DNA of 64,000 nucleotides, from the NCBI GenBank assembly GCA_964535935.1, contig CAZHWM010000024.1, forward strand, positions 171 to 64,170, in the 5' to 3' direction. Source of the DNA: an uncultured Planctomycetales bacterium. GTDB lineage: Bacteria > Omnitrophota > Gorgyraeia > Zapsychrales > Zapsychraceae. This document shows positions 8,522 through 19,058 of the stretch, one piece after another; the first letter of the stretch is position 1; each line of letters opens with the position of its first letter. A program made the translations under genes and the position numbers. The notes beneath the pieces are model-generated. The model saw only the letters and a list, made by a program, of their open reading frames with translations. It had not been told where the DNA came from and searched no databases.

Positions 8522-11500
8522 CTAATTAGTGGTTAAATTGGTTGAGCCATCCGTTTGAACAGCAAATTTAAATTGAAGGTTACCTCCCGGCGTACCATCA
8601 AAAGAAAGTATTTCCATTTTAGCATAATATCCTTCCCTAGTAATAAAAACATAAACCGTTCCTGCCCCTTCATTAATCACCCCTGCTGTTGTATATCCTG
8701 AAGTAGGCGCTTCTGTAATTTGATTAAATGTTTGCCCTGTAATCTTTTGCAAACCAGTGGTTCCAAAGATTAAATTATCTTCGAAATCCATATCGCTATT
8801 ACTAGATGCTGCGGTAACTTCTACATTTGATGTGGCATCAAACCCAATGCCAGGAAATCCCGGCACATTTAAAATAGGTGTGGTATATACTGTTAATGCA
8901 GCAGATGACGAGGTTACTCCACCTGAATCTTCCACTTCCCCTGCACCTGGTTGCTCAGGGTTACGTTCATCTCTGGCTGTTCTAATTTTACTTACAACAG
9001 ACGGGCTTTTGCCTGAAGCCTGCGCTATCTCTGGAGAAAGAGTGGCATAAATCAAATCACCTCGCAAATTTTTAATCTTCATCTTTCCATCTTCTAAAAC
9101 AAACATAAAAGTAGTGTGCCCGGATGTCCTCTGTTCTTCTCCTGTTTTAATCGGTGTCTGGGTTTTATCCCATTTAGTTGTAACTACAAAAAAATTACTT
9201 CTTTTTTCTATTCTGTTAATATAAATAAGAAGACGAATATTATTAAAAAGATCAAAATCAAATCGAACCCCTTCTTCTAAAAGGGCCTTATTTCCTAAAT
9301 AATCTCGTGAAATGTAACGACTAAAAGCATTTATATCTTTTCTTTCGTAAGCATTTGCTATTTCTTTAACTGTCTTGACAATAAGGGTGTTAAAATTAAC
9401 ATCTTTAAATAAAAATTTATCTACATTAGGAAACAATTTCACCATGGGTTCTCTGCCATCTGCTGTTTGAATCTTTAAAATAAAATCGTAATATCTATCG
9501 GATAATGGCGTAAATGCAAAATGAATATCGGATGCAACTGGAATTTGACTCCATGTCCTGCCCCCATCTATTGAAAACAGCATCTTTTTCGCCTGCTTAG
9601 TAGTAAATAGTTTGGCATCAATTACTATTTCTCCTAGACGTAAATTTTCTTTTGTTAAAATAACTGTCCCTCTGGCATTCTGCAATGACCTCGAATTTAA
9701 ACGTGCATTTTCAATAGAATATCCATAAAATCCTGCTAATCTAAATGGACTCATAGACCTAAGGTCCTGATCCCCTTGCTCTTCAGCTTTCATATATTCT
9801 TTTTTTTGGATACGCTCTGATTCTTTCTCTGCAATCTTACGATTTAATTCAGCTTCATAAGCATGATAATCGCCATTTAACTGTTCTACTCTTTGGGCTA
9901 AATGTGTATACATTCTCCCAATATCACAGGAGATCAATTTTTTTGAGTGCATTGCCTTTTTCGCAGCATCTGTCAAGACGTAATATATTACTTGTTTGGA
10001 CGGACTAAATTTACGATAATACTGCTTTAAAGTTAAATGATGCATTGCTGCTTTACGTTGATCTTCTCGTTGTATATCCTCTTTAGTGGGAATATCCATT
10101 AATCCTGGAACTAATTGAGCAATTTTCTCCATGATTTTACTATATTTCGGATCTCTAGCTCTAACATTCAAAGCCAAACTCAAAGCCCTTTTCAAATTAT
10201 CTTCATAGATAGGAGCACTACTTCTTCCGAGAAGTATGAAGTTAGAACATCTGGCGGCTTTAATATTATTAAGAGACATAATCTTTTCCCATCTATTAAA
10301 ATGTAACGGTGCATTTGAACGAATAAAAGAACGAATATTGTGAGGTAAAGAATCCCATGCTTTCAAAATAGGTTCGACTATTTTATCCAATTCCTTACGC
10401 GTTGCATAATGTGGAAAAGGCTCTGTCATTAACAACATACCATTTAATAGTCTCGCCGGCAACACAACACGATAATCATCATTTATTCCACCCCTTTCGA
10501 TTAATTTTTTCTCCTCCAATTCTTTAAAAAACATCGTTATACGCTTTAGTTTTTTCTCTATATTATCTCTATCTATCTCTTTATTCTTTTGGATTAATTC
10601 AAGCCTATGCACTGCTACATCAAGTTGTGCCGGCAACATCCTTAATTCTTTAATGCTTTCTATAGATTGAGTAATTTTATTTATATTATCTAATGGATTA
10701 AATGATGGATCCACTAAAACACGTATCTGATCAACTTCTGAGGCTGATGGAATATCTAAATTATGGAATTCTTTTATAACTTCATCCCATTCAGCGAATT
10801 TATTTCTTAAATCTGTTGCCTCATTTACCATAACAAGTGGCAATCCCGGATTATTATCTACTGGCGGCAATAATTTAGATAATTGAAGAGGAATTTGATA
10901 TGCTAAAATAGGGGGTTGTTCTACAGGATGTGGCATATAGGTATAGGTTATATTGTCTGCTTCTTTCAATAATTTAACAGCACGATTATATAAAATATTT
11001 GATAATCCAGGTGTTGGCAATACAACTGCTATACGATTACACTGTTCAATAAACAACTCTTCCCGTCTCTTAAGCACTTCTGCTAAACTATGATACGCCT
11101 TATTAATATGTAAAAGTTTAGACAATTCTGTATTATACTCTAATTGTGATGCGCTGAGCAAATTTTCTAAGACATCTTTTGCAATATGAATAGCCGCGCC
11201 CCATGCCTCATTATCCGGGATTGTATCTTGAACCTCAGACGGACGATTAGCAATCACTTCTTGCATTTTCTGACGTATTTTGTGAAAGTATTGACTTTTA
11301 GCAATCAAAACATCTTTTTTCCAAAAATCAATAATATTCTTGGCGCCAATAAAATCTCCTTTATTAAGCTGCAATGTAATTTTCTTCTCAAGTTCAGATT
11401 CATTGCCTGTTAAAGATAATCGCATGGGTTTTTTATCAATATCAAAAACTTGAACAGTGGCTGATACTGAAGAAAAATCAAATTTCTTTAATATTTTAGA

Positions 11501-12844
11501 AAAATATTTTGAATAATAATCCTTAGCTTTCGTCTTATCCTCATAATAAGCTTCTCTATATTTTGGATCTCCTTTATACGCTGGAAACTTTGTAGATATA
11601 ACATCTGTAGAGATATTCTCTTCTAGTGCATCAACTTTATCATTCAATTTAAGTTTCAATTTTAACCACTTTTCTCTCTCTGCATAAAGCGCTCTGGATA
11701 AACTAGGATTTATTCTCTCCATTCTGCTTGCTGCCTCAAGGCAATTTAATTGCCATCTATCAATAGTCTTCTCCAAAGAATAGGCTTTCTTTAGACTAGC
11801 TCCATTTATTTGATTTACCATAGACAACATTTTTTTATATTCTTGTTTGCTCTTCGCTGGCAATTTGACTAAGTTTTTTTCTGCAGCCTTATTCTTTTTT
11901 ATTTCTAAAAACTCTTTTAACATTCTATCGAAATCGTTATGGTAAAAATGGCTCACTCGTTTCACGAAAGCATCAAACTCTGCCATCTGTTTACGCAACC
12001 TCGCTTGCTCCCAAGATAACTTAGCCTGTTTGTTCACATCTTTAATTAAGTGCATAATCCAGCCACGAGCCTTATTTCTCCATTCATTAGCTAAAAGCCT
12101 TATTTCCGCACTTTTTTTTGTATCGATACCCGAACCTATAGACATCCAACTTTTCATATACTCCGACCAACTTTCCTCTGGCCACTGTTCACCTAATGCA
12201 GTCTTAACATATGATTTAACTAAGGCTCTGGTCGAGTCATTAGTTATTAAATACTTATCAAAAAAATAATCTGCCATCTTAGCAGTCTCAGGAATTAAAG
12301 GAGGGCTATCACTATCAGGATCCACAACCCCCATAAGCCTGCGGTCATTTGAACAAATACAATATAAACGTTCTATATCCAAAGCAGCTTGAGAAGACTC
12401 TAGCATCTTATGTGACTGATAGGTCAACTTAGCCATTTCCCATGTTAAGCTTACCAAAGGATTATCAATCGCGCCTACGCCTTGATCTATTGCTGTAAAC
12501 GCAGCATCATCGTAACGGCCTTCTGTCATTGCAATAGAGAAGGTTTCTATGGCTTTTACAGTATCAACTATTTTGCCTATTTTTTCCCTTGCTTCTGGGA
12601 TCTTGGCCTCTGGATCACCAGTCATAAAAGACTCTATCCCGCCTACAGAATCCCACAACCAGTCAGTATATTCATCAGAAGCTGTTTGTCTTAAGCCCTC
12701 TACAACATCCCTTTTAGAGGCCATAGCGGTTGCAGCATTTAAACCTAACTGCACAAACTTAGAGTCCTCGTCGGCACATCCATTAATAGGATGTAACATT
12801 ATTGTAATTACCAAACTTACCCAAAATATTTTTTTTAATGACAT
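8522..12844 (-). CDS. Giant (1440 aa) secreted protein, probable lipoprotein, function unknown
   Basis: GAGGAAAG RBS. Signal peptide MSLKKIFWVSLVITIMLHPINGC with Cys at position 23. Long, mostly helical middle rich in charged residues. The C-terminal third looks like beta-rich modules plus an NTF2/SnoaL-like segment (DINAFSRYISRDYLG...FFVVTTKWD), followed by a Gly/Thr-rich terminal beta domain. I recognise no catalytic motif. Confidence 0.7.
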   Translation of the reverse strand: MSLKKIFWVSLVITIMLHPINGCADEDSKFVQLGLNAATAMASKRDVVEGLRQTASDEYTDWLWDSVGGIESFMTGDPEAKIPEAREKIGKIVDTVKAIETFSIAMTEGRYDDAAFTAIDQGVGAIDNPLVSLTWEMAKLTYQSHKMLESSQAALDIERLYCICSNDRRLMGVVDPDSDSPPLIPETAKMADYFFDKYLITNDSTRALVKSYVKTALGEQWPEESWSEYMKSWMSIGSGIDTKKSAEIRLLANEWRNKARGWIMHLIKDVNKQAKLSWEQARLRKQMAEFDAFVKRVSHFYHNDFDRMLKEFLEIKKNKAAEKNLVKLPAKSKQEYKKMLSMVNQINGASLKKAYSLEKTIDRWQLNCLEAASRMERINPSLSRALYAEREKWLKLKLKLNDKVDALEENISTDVISTKFPAYKGDPKYREAYYEDKTKAKDYYSKYFSKILKKFDFSSVSATVQVFDIDKKPMRLSLTGNESELEKKITLQLNKGDFIGAKNIIDFWKKDVLIAKSQYFHKIRQKMQEVIANRPSEVQDTIPDNEAWGAAIHIAKDVLENLLSASQLEYNTELSKLLHINKAYHSLAEVLKRREELFIEQCNRIAVVLPTPGLSNILYNRAVKLLKEADNITYTYMPHPVEQPPILAYQIPLQLSKLLPPVDNNPGLPLVMVNEATDLRNKFAEWDEVIKEFHNLDIPSASEVDQIRVLVDPSFNPLDNINKITQSIESIKELRMLPAQLDVAVHRLELIQKNKEIDRDNIEKKLKRITMFFKELEEKKLIERGGINDDYRVVLPARLLNGMLLMTEPFPHYATRKELDKIVEPILKAWDSLPHNIRSFIRSNAPLHFNRWEKIMSLNNIKAARCSNFILLGRSSAPIYEDNLKRALSLALNVRARDPKYSKIMEKIAQLVPGLMDIPTKEDIQREDQRKAAMHHLTLKQYYRKFSPSKQVIYYVLTDAAKKAMHSKKLISCDIGRMYTHLAQRVEQLNGDYHAYEAELNRKIAEKESERIQKKEYMKAEEQGDQDLRSMSPFRLAGFYGYSIENARLNSRSLQNARGTVILTKENLRLGEIVIDAKLFTTKQAKKMLFSIDGGRTWSQIPVASDIHFAFTPLSDRYYDFILKIQTADGREPMVKLFPNVDKFLFKDVNFNTLIVKTVKEIANAYERKDINAFSRYISRDYLGNKALLEEGVRFDFDLFNNIRLLIYINRIEKRSNFFVVTTKWDKTQTPIKTGEEQRTSGHTTFMFVLEDGKMKIKNLRGDLIYATLSPEIAQASGKSPSVVSKIRTARDERNPEQPGAGEVEDSGGVTSSSAALTVYTTPILNVPGFPGIGFDATSNVEVTAASSNSDMDFEDNLIFGTTGLQKITGQTFNQITEAPTSGYTTAGVINEGAGTVYVFITREGYYAKMEILSFDGTPGGNLQFKFAVQTDGSTNLTTN

Positions 12845-13122
12845 AATCTTTCCTCGATTCTTTAACGAAAACTGATAATATTAAAATAGTTAGCATTAAT
12901 AAAATATCCATATTATGCATAAAACGATGTTGAATAACATTATAATAGAATAAAACTTCAACTTTACAATGAAGTATATATATGAAGAATGCTATACAAA
13001 CCGTAAACTAATGCCCCTCTATAAAAAAATTCTCAAGTAGTTTATTTATAAAACTGATGTTTTAATCGCATTGAAATATCTAGTCATAAACCTTGGCTGA
13101 CTACAATAACAATTTTCATATA

Positions 13123-14850
13123 CTAAAAAAGGCAAGTATATGTAAGAATCGTCTGCATTTCCTTATAATTTAAATCGCCATCTGCATTCATGTGCCTCGT
13201 CAAATTATATTTCAAGATAATATGTTTATCTTTATTACGTCCAAAAACCCAATCTATTTCCGTAAAATTCTGATAATTCTCATAATCTTTATCTGCCTCT
13301 GCAGCATTACTATCTATAACATTATAGCCAAAACGACTAGATACATTACTTGTTATATAATACTCTCCTGAAAATGAGAGAGATAAATTAACATCTTTGT
13401 TAAAATCTTTTTTACTTCGTCTAATATCAACAGATGGATTTAAAGAAAGATAACATCGTCTGGAAAAAATCTGTAATTCTCTCGCAAAAGAACAATTAAT
13501 CCGGTTAAAATATTCAGATAAACTTTTATCCGCTAAGTTACTGTAAGCACGATATTCATATGAAAAATCTATATTAGTTCCGCCAAATTGGTCTGCTATA
13601 CTAAAACCAGTTGTAATTGTTCTACTCTCTGCTGTATTTGCAGGGTCATCAGAGTTCCGTGACATATACGAATTATAAAACCTAGTATGCAAATTTTTTC
13701 TTGCCCTAGAAGGGAAAACGTCTACATTGATATCTTTCTCATCGGTTATTGTTCTTTTTGACAGGCTGCTATTTTTCAAATGATCCCAATAATAATTTTC
13801 CATAAAAGAAACCGATAAAATGTCATTAAAACGATGATTTATCGTGAATTGATGCTGTATTTTATCTGGTGATGCCGACCCAGTATCAGTATAGAACATA
13901 GGTTGTGTATAATTATACACATACCTATAAATAGTATTCCCTATCTGAAATTCCGGTGCAACATGAAAAGAATTGCCACAACTCTGGTCCTTATCTCCTG
14001 ATGTATCTTCATCAGGGAGATAAAAACTCCTGGCAAATTCATAAACAACAGAAAAATTGTTAACAAAAACTATCTCACCATCAATTGAAAATATGCTATT
14101 TCTTAAATCTTTAAAACTAGATGTCCTATCCGCAGTAGCACTATCATCTTGTATGCTTACAGCCTGCATACCTACACGTATCTTCTGGAACAAAGATGAA
14201 TGATTCAAAGGAAAAGAATCGATTTTTATCCCAAAAACATTTCTTTGAAATTTAGAAGCAGCCTCATCCGCAGCATTTTTTCTAGCAACAACCATCTTAA
14301 CATTAAATCGTTCAGATGACTTCAATTCGAGATTAAATCCTTCAAGAGAAGAATTCAATGTGAAAGGAGAGAATTCGCCGTAAAAATCACCAAATGCGAA
14401 AAGATTATAAGGATTAGATATCTTAAAAGAATATTGTTTAACACGAACGTCCTTACGCGGCTCCAAAGAATATTTATCGGTCTTTCTAAGACGCAATTCG
14501 GTTTCAAAAATATAATCAGAATACAATTTTTCCTGCAAATTTAAATTTAATTCTGTAATATAATCCACGCCTTCTTTCAAAAATGACTTTGATTTATTAC
14601 CGCTTAATTTATTATATTCCAACCTTGTTGAAAACCTACCTTTAATTATACCTGACCTTTGAGATAAAGATCTATGCGAACTAAAATCACATAAATCATG
14701 TAACCTTTCATACAACGAATACTTTCGTTGGTTACCTAATTGGATCTCATCATTACCACCAAGGTAATACACATCAGCCGCAAATAAAATATTATTTGTT
14801 ACAAACAGTAAAAACAAACAACAAAAAAATAAAAGTCTATTTTGATTCAT
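13123..14850 (-). CDS. Putative outer-membrane beta-barrel protein (575 aa), family unknown
   Basis: AGAGGA RBS. Sec signal MNQNRLLFFCCLFLLFVTNNILFA/AD. Alternating hydrophobic pattern rich in Y, N and S. C-terminal ...ILTYTCLF ends in Phe, a typical BAM-targeting beta-signal. Confidence 0.65.
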   Translation of the reverse strand: MNQNRLLFFCCLFLLFVTNNILFAADVYYLGGNDEIQLGNQRKYSLYERLHDLCDFSSHRSLSQRSGIIKGRFSTRLEYNKLSGNKSKSFLKEGVDYITELNLNLQEKLYSDYIFETELRLRKTDKYSLEPRKDVRVKQYSFKISNPYNLFAFGDFYGEFSPFTLNSSLEGFNLELKSSERFNVKMVVARKNAADEAASKFQRNVFGIKIDSFPLNHSSLFQKIRVGMQAVSIQDDSATADRTSSFKDLRNSIFSIDGEIVFVNNFSVVYEFARSFYLPDEDTSGDKDQSCGNSFHVAPEFQIGNTIYRYVYNYTQPMFYTDTGSASPDKIQHQFTINHRFNDILSVSFMENYYWDHLKNSSLSKRTITDEKDINVDVFPSRARKNLHTRFYNSYMSRNSDDPANTAESRTITTGFSIADQFGGTNIDFSYEYRAYSNLADKSLSEYFNRINCSFARELQIFSRRCYLSLNPSVDIRRSKKDFNKDVNLSLSFSGEYYITSNVSSRFGYNVIDSNAAEADKDYENYQNFTEIDWVFGRNKDKHIILKYNLTRHMNADGDLNYKEMQTILTYTCLF

Positions 14851-15256
14851 ATTATCCTCTTCTTCCTAACAATATAATAAATAATAAATTATATATTAAT
14901 CATTATTAAAAAAACTGTATGGTATACATAAAATAATCTTCAGCAAGATTATAGCAATGCAAGGCTAAAGACCTGCATTCCTATAAAAAAGTTATTAAAT
15001 CTTTTATTTATAAGAAAGAAAATTTTTAATGCTAAAATCTAAAAGATTATATATTTTTTCACTAGACTTCCTTTATCCCTGAACTACATATATGCATGAT
15101 TTTACAATCTAATAGGTAATATTTAGAATTCTAATAATCTACTAAGCTTAAAAAAATTATCAGCAATAACTATATGCCATCTTGAGTATCTATTTTATCC
15201 GGACACAATTGGGCAAAAAAATACCGACATGCCAAACTGATTAACATTAACAGGAT

Positions 15257-15264
15257 CCCCCCCC
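15257..15264. repeat. Homopolymeric C8/G8 tract in the ORF-poor region upstream of the beta-barrel gene
   Basis: caggatCCCCCCCCtaag. A G:C run of 8 is conspicuous in this AT-rich context. Confidence 0.6.
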
Positions 15265-15976
15265 TAAGAAATCTTTGACATCTAAACCATGCATCAAACA
15301 AATCATCTATACAAGACAGGAACCTATCAACATTTAAAATTTTTATCAAAATGTCCATTTCTTGCTTAAACTCCAGAATGATTCCATCAATAGAATGAGA
15401 CTCCTTGAAAAAACAAATCACATTAAAATTACGCAATACAAAAGCATATAGTTTCAACTTTTGTGTAGGATTAAATTAGTATTAACTGAAATAAGCCATA
15501 CGGTTTTAGTTTTAACTAAGGACTTAAGACAGATGCTTCCAAAATATCAGTAGAGCTGACAAAATATGTCATCATAAGAATATCTAAAGGCGGCGCGATT
15601 AAAAACACTCCATCAAGATAACTGGTATGGTGAGGAGATATTATGTATGATGAAATATTTTTTATATATTCCCTACCTAAACTCTACGACAATAGAAATA
15701 CGAAATAATATTTTAAATATCAAAACAAAAAAATACCCTCTAACAAATCTAAAAGACGGGCTTAAAACCTATCTTCTTTAAGATTTAAAAATAAAAATCT
15801 TCCTTAGGAATATTCTAACACACAATGGTTTTCTATGCCTGATTAGACTCAATACCTAAAAGCTTTGTAAAATACCTCCAGCTACTCCATAAGTTCACTG
15901 ATTGTATTCACATAAAAATCCATAGCAACTTCTCATGGCAAGATTAGAGATATAAATTATCTCTCCTCTTGGACCA

Positions 15977-16035
15977 ATGTCAATTCCAAGATTAATGGTA
16001 TTCTATAAGTCCCTTTCGCTAGCTACTTGGCTGTT
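15977..16035 (+). repeat. Right copy of the imperfect ~60-bp direct repeat
   Basis: See 8199-8258. Same orientation. Both copies also start spurious ORFs with similar N-termini (MSVSRLLAFYK / MSIPRLMVFYK). Confidence 0.5.
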
Positions 16036-16567
16036 CTATATCCCAAACTTTTCTGAGATGATTTTTATTCCTCCTTTCAATTTCTTTTATCTTCATTTTG
16101 CCAAAATCAGCAATTTATTTTCACATATATATTCTTCCGATTCTCGGCTTTTTTCTATCCTTAATAACCGTTATTTGCCACTCTCCTAAATATATATATA
16201 TCTTTTGCCCCACATAAATAGTATTCCATCTTTTCTATTAAATCATATATGGTCTCTCCCTGGTTTTTATACCTCAATATATCCTAGCCCCTATTCTCCC
16301 TTATATTAGTATGACCTCTTTTACAATCATTTTAGCCTTCTACAATCCTTTTATCTTGCATCACACGCTTTCTTTTTAAATATTTTTTTATCCTTTGGAG
16401 ATATAATCTTTTTGCTATATGAAAATATTATGTTTTGTTTTTGTTTATCATTTAAAGAATAATAGATTTTTTATGATTTGTAGAGCTTTTTTATTTTTTT
16501 TATTACACCTAACATTACAATCTTCTTTTAATTAACATAATAAAATACCACACTCTCTCTATTTATC

Positions 16568-17161
16568 TCAATGACGACTATCAGCTAAATTTAATGCCTC
16601 TGACACAATTATATTTTCAACTTCTCTAACAGCACGTTTTATATCATCATTAATTACAATATAATCATAACGGTCCATCTGTTTTATCTCTTCTTTTGCA
16701 GTCTTTATTCTAAGTCTTAAGGCATTAGGATCCTCTGACGCCCGTTGTTTAAGCCTCTGGCACAAATCCTCAAAAGAAGGTGCCATTATAAAAATCTTAA
16801 CCGCATCAGGAAATACCTCTGCAACCGAATGCGCACCCTTTACATCTATGCATAAAAGAACATTTTGCCCTTGTTTTAAAATATCTTCTACCTGCTTTCG
16901 AGGGGTACCATAATAATTTTCAAACACCTTTTGACATTCCAAAAAATGTTTCCAACGCTGTTTAAATAAAAACATTTTTTTACTAATAAAAAAATAATCC
17001 TTACCATGAACCTCCCCCGGCCGCATCGAACGTGTTGTATAAGTAACAACCCTAACAAGAATATCCTTTATTCTGTTTCTTTTTAAAAGCCGTTTATAAA
17101 TAGTCGTCTTACCTGCGCCAGAGGGCCCGGAGAGTATAAAAATTTTTCCTTTATGCATCAC
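16568..17161 (-). CDS. gmk: Guanylate kinase
   Basis: 197 aa. P-loop ILSGPSGAGKTT. TTRSMRPGEVHGKDYFF is the GMP-binding motif. Confidence 0.9.
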   Translation of the reverse strand: MMHKGKIFILSGPSGAGKTTIYKRLLKRNRIKDILVRVVTYTTRSMRPGEVHGKDYFFISKKMFLFKQRWKHFLECQKVFENYYGTPRKQVEDILKQGQNVLLCIDVKGAHSVAEVFPDAVKIFIMAPSFEDLCQRLKQRASEDPNALRLRIKTAKEEIKQMDRYDYIVINDDIKRAVREVENIIVSEALNLADSRH

Positions 17162-17242
17162 AATAATAAAAAAAATTCATCTCATCCTAATTAATATATT
17201 CATGATAATCCCCCCAAAAAAACACGTAGGATTATTTTTATC

Positions 17243-18064
17243 CTATTCTATATTTTGGGCCTGTTCTCTTATCTTTTCTACCTTACTTTTTATCGATATT
17301 ACAGCACTTGAAACCTGTTTATCTTGTAATTTTGAACCTATTGTATTGGATTCCCTCTGCATCTCCTGTGCAATAAAATCTAATTTTTTCCCAACAGAAG
17401 AAACACTTTTTAATAGCAGTTTGGCTTCAGAAATATAATGGAGAAGACGACAAAGCTCCTCATTTACATCTATATTTTTCTGAAAGGATTTAAATTCCTC
17501 GTCAGTAAACAATTTTCTCTTTTCTTTCAGCACAATCTCTGCCCTACACCTAATATCCTTCACTAAGGCAATCATCTCTTTTAACTTCTTTGACACGTCA
17601 GAGGCAAGAGATCTGCCTTCTCGTCTGCGCATAGCTAACAATCCAAATAAAGCAGATTTTATACCTCTCTCCAATGCAGGCCATACAGTCTCTGCTGATA
17701 CAAGATTAGCTTTTGTTTCCAATACCCCAGGCATATTAATTATATCAGATAAGGTCAAATCATTTTTCAATCCAAATTCTCTCTCTATCATCTTAGCATA
17801 TTGTATATATCTCTTCACCAAATCCTTGTTTAAGACTGCTGCTTGTGAGGACTTCTCGATAACCTTAACTGTTACAGTAATTCTACCTCGTTTGATATCC
17901 TTTTTTATAATCTGGGTGATTTTATTCTCTAAACAGGCAAATCCTGATGGGAGATAAAAGTTAATATCAAGATACCTGTGATTAATACTTCTTAACTCAA
18001 TAAGCATCTTCACAGAAGATGTGGAGATTTGTTTACTCCCAAAACCTGTCATTCCTTTAATCAT
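17243..18064 (-). CDS. yicC: YicC-family stress-induced protein / endoribonuclease
   Basis: 273 aa. N-terminal MIKGMTGFG...ELRSINHRYLDI and C-terminal REQAQNIE are typical YicC_N/DUF1732 patterns. Upstream of gmk, as in many bacteria. Confidence 0.8.
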   Translation of the reverse strand: MIKGMTGFGSKQISTSSVKMLIELRSINHRYLDINFYLPSGFACLENKITQIIKKDIKRGRITVTVKVIEKSSQAAVLNKDLVKRYIQYAKMIEREFGLKNDLTLSDIINMPGVLETKANLVSAETVWPALERGIKSALFGLLAMRRREGRSLASDVSKKLKEMIALVKDIRCRAEIVLKEKRKLFTDEEFKSFQKNIDVNEELCRLLHYISEAKLLLKSVSSVGKKLDFIAQEMQRESNTIGSKLQDKQVSSAVISIKSKVEKIREQAQNIE

Positions 18065-18121
18065 AGTCTGTCCTTTACTACGCCTTTTCCTTAACTGAAA
18101 TATTATGTTTTAACATATCCT

Positions 18122-18991
18122 TTATTCAAAAGAAACTCCCTTTTTTATAATACTCACAATCCTATCAAGTTCATCCATTGAATAATACTCTACAACGAGC
18201 TTCCCTCTGCTTTTCCGAAAAGAAAGGCGCACCTTTGTTCCTAATAATTTTTGTAATTTTTCCTCAAGGGCAATTAATTCGTGAGCTATTGCATCCTGTT
18301 TGGGTCCTCGCTGCCCTTTTTTATTAGTCTGACGCGCTAGCTTTACCATACGTTCAATCTCGCGAACAGACAATTTTTTCTTAGTTACCATCTCAAATAA
18401 ATTCATCTGTTCCTCGGTGTCATCGGAACCAAGCAATGCACGGGCATGACCTGTAGTAATCTGCCCTTTTACTAATGCCTCTCTTATACGTGATGGTAGT
18501 TTTAATAGCCGCAACATATTAATTATTGTAGTAGTTCCCTTACCTACTGAACGAGCAATCTCATTATAAGTAAAATTAAATTCTTCCATCAGTCTTTTAT
18601 ACGCCTCTGCCTCCTCAATGGGATTGAGGTCCTCCCGTTGAATATTCTCTACTAATGCCAAAATCAAAGATTCATTATCAGATACTTCTTTAATTATAAC
18701 AGGAACCTTAACCAAGTTTATTGCCCTAGCAGCCCGCAACCTACGCTCTCCGGCTATCACTTCATAGCCATCCCCCTGTTTGCGCACAAGAATAGGCTGT
18801 AATACCCCTTTCTCTTTTATTGAGACCTTCAACTCTTCTAATTTTGCATCGTCATAATCTGAACGGGGCTGAAGACTATTATCTCTTATCAATGCTGTAT
18901 CTACATATGCAACAACATTTTCATCAACAGAACTATTTTCTTTTTCAGGAATAAGAGCTGATAACCCTTTACCCAAAACTCTTTTAGACAT
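18122..18991 (-). CDS. parB: Chromosome partitioning protein ParB/Spo0J
   Basis: MSKRVLGKGLSALI N-terminus, the ParB-box GERRLRAA arginine patch and an HTH region. GGAGGGTGGT lies directly upstream of ATG 18991. Confidence 0.9.
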   Translation of the reverse strand: MSKRVLGKGLSALIPEKENSSVDENVVAYVDTALIRDNSLQPRSDYDDAKLEELKVSIKEKGVLQPILVRKQGDGYEVIAGERRLRAARAINLVKVPVIIKEVSDNESLILALVENIQREDLNPIEEAEAYKRLMEEFNFTYNEIARSVGKGTTTIINMLRLLKLPSRIREALVKGQITTGHARALLGSDDTEEQMNLFEMVTKKKLSVREIERMVKLARQTNKKGQRGPKQDAIAHELIALEEKLQKLLGTKVRLSFRKSRGKLVVEYYSMDELDRIVSIIKKGVSFE

Positions 18992-19058
18992 ACCACCCTC
19001 CATAGGGAAATTTCATTATTAACACATAATTTATTTAAATATAAACAGATACAACAAA

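Noticed and set aside
11959-11969. Canonical parS site (TGTTNCACGTGAAACA) search; best partial match GTTTCACGAAA inside the 1440-aa gene
   Set aside because: Only the left half-site matches and the palindromic right half is absent. By eye I found no full canonical parS in the window.
15170-15457. 95-aa ORF on the minus strand in the ORF-poor region
   Set aside because: It has no RBS and no recognisable motif, and it contains the G8 tract. It could be a gene remnant, but the evidence is insufficient to call a CDS.
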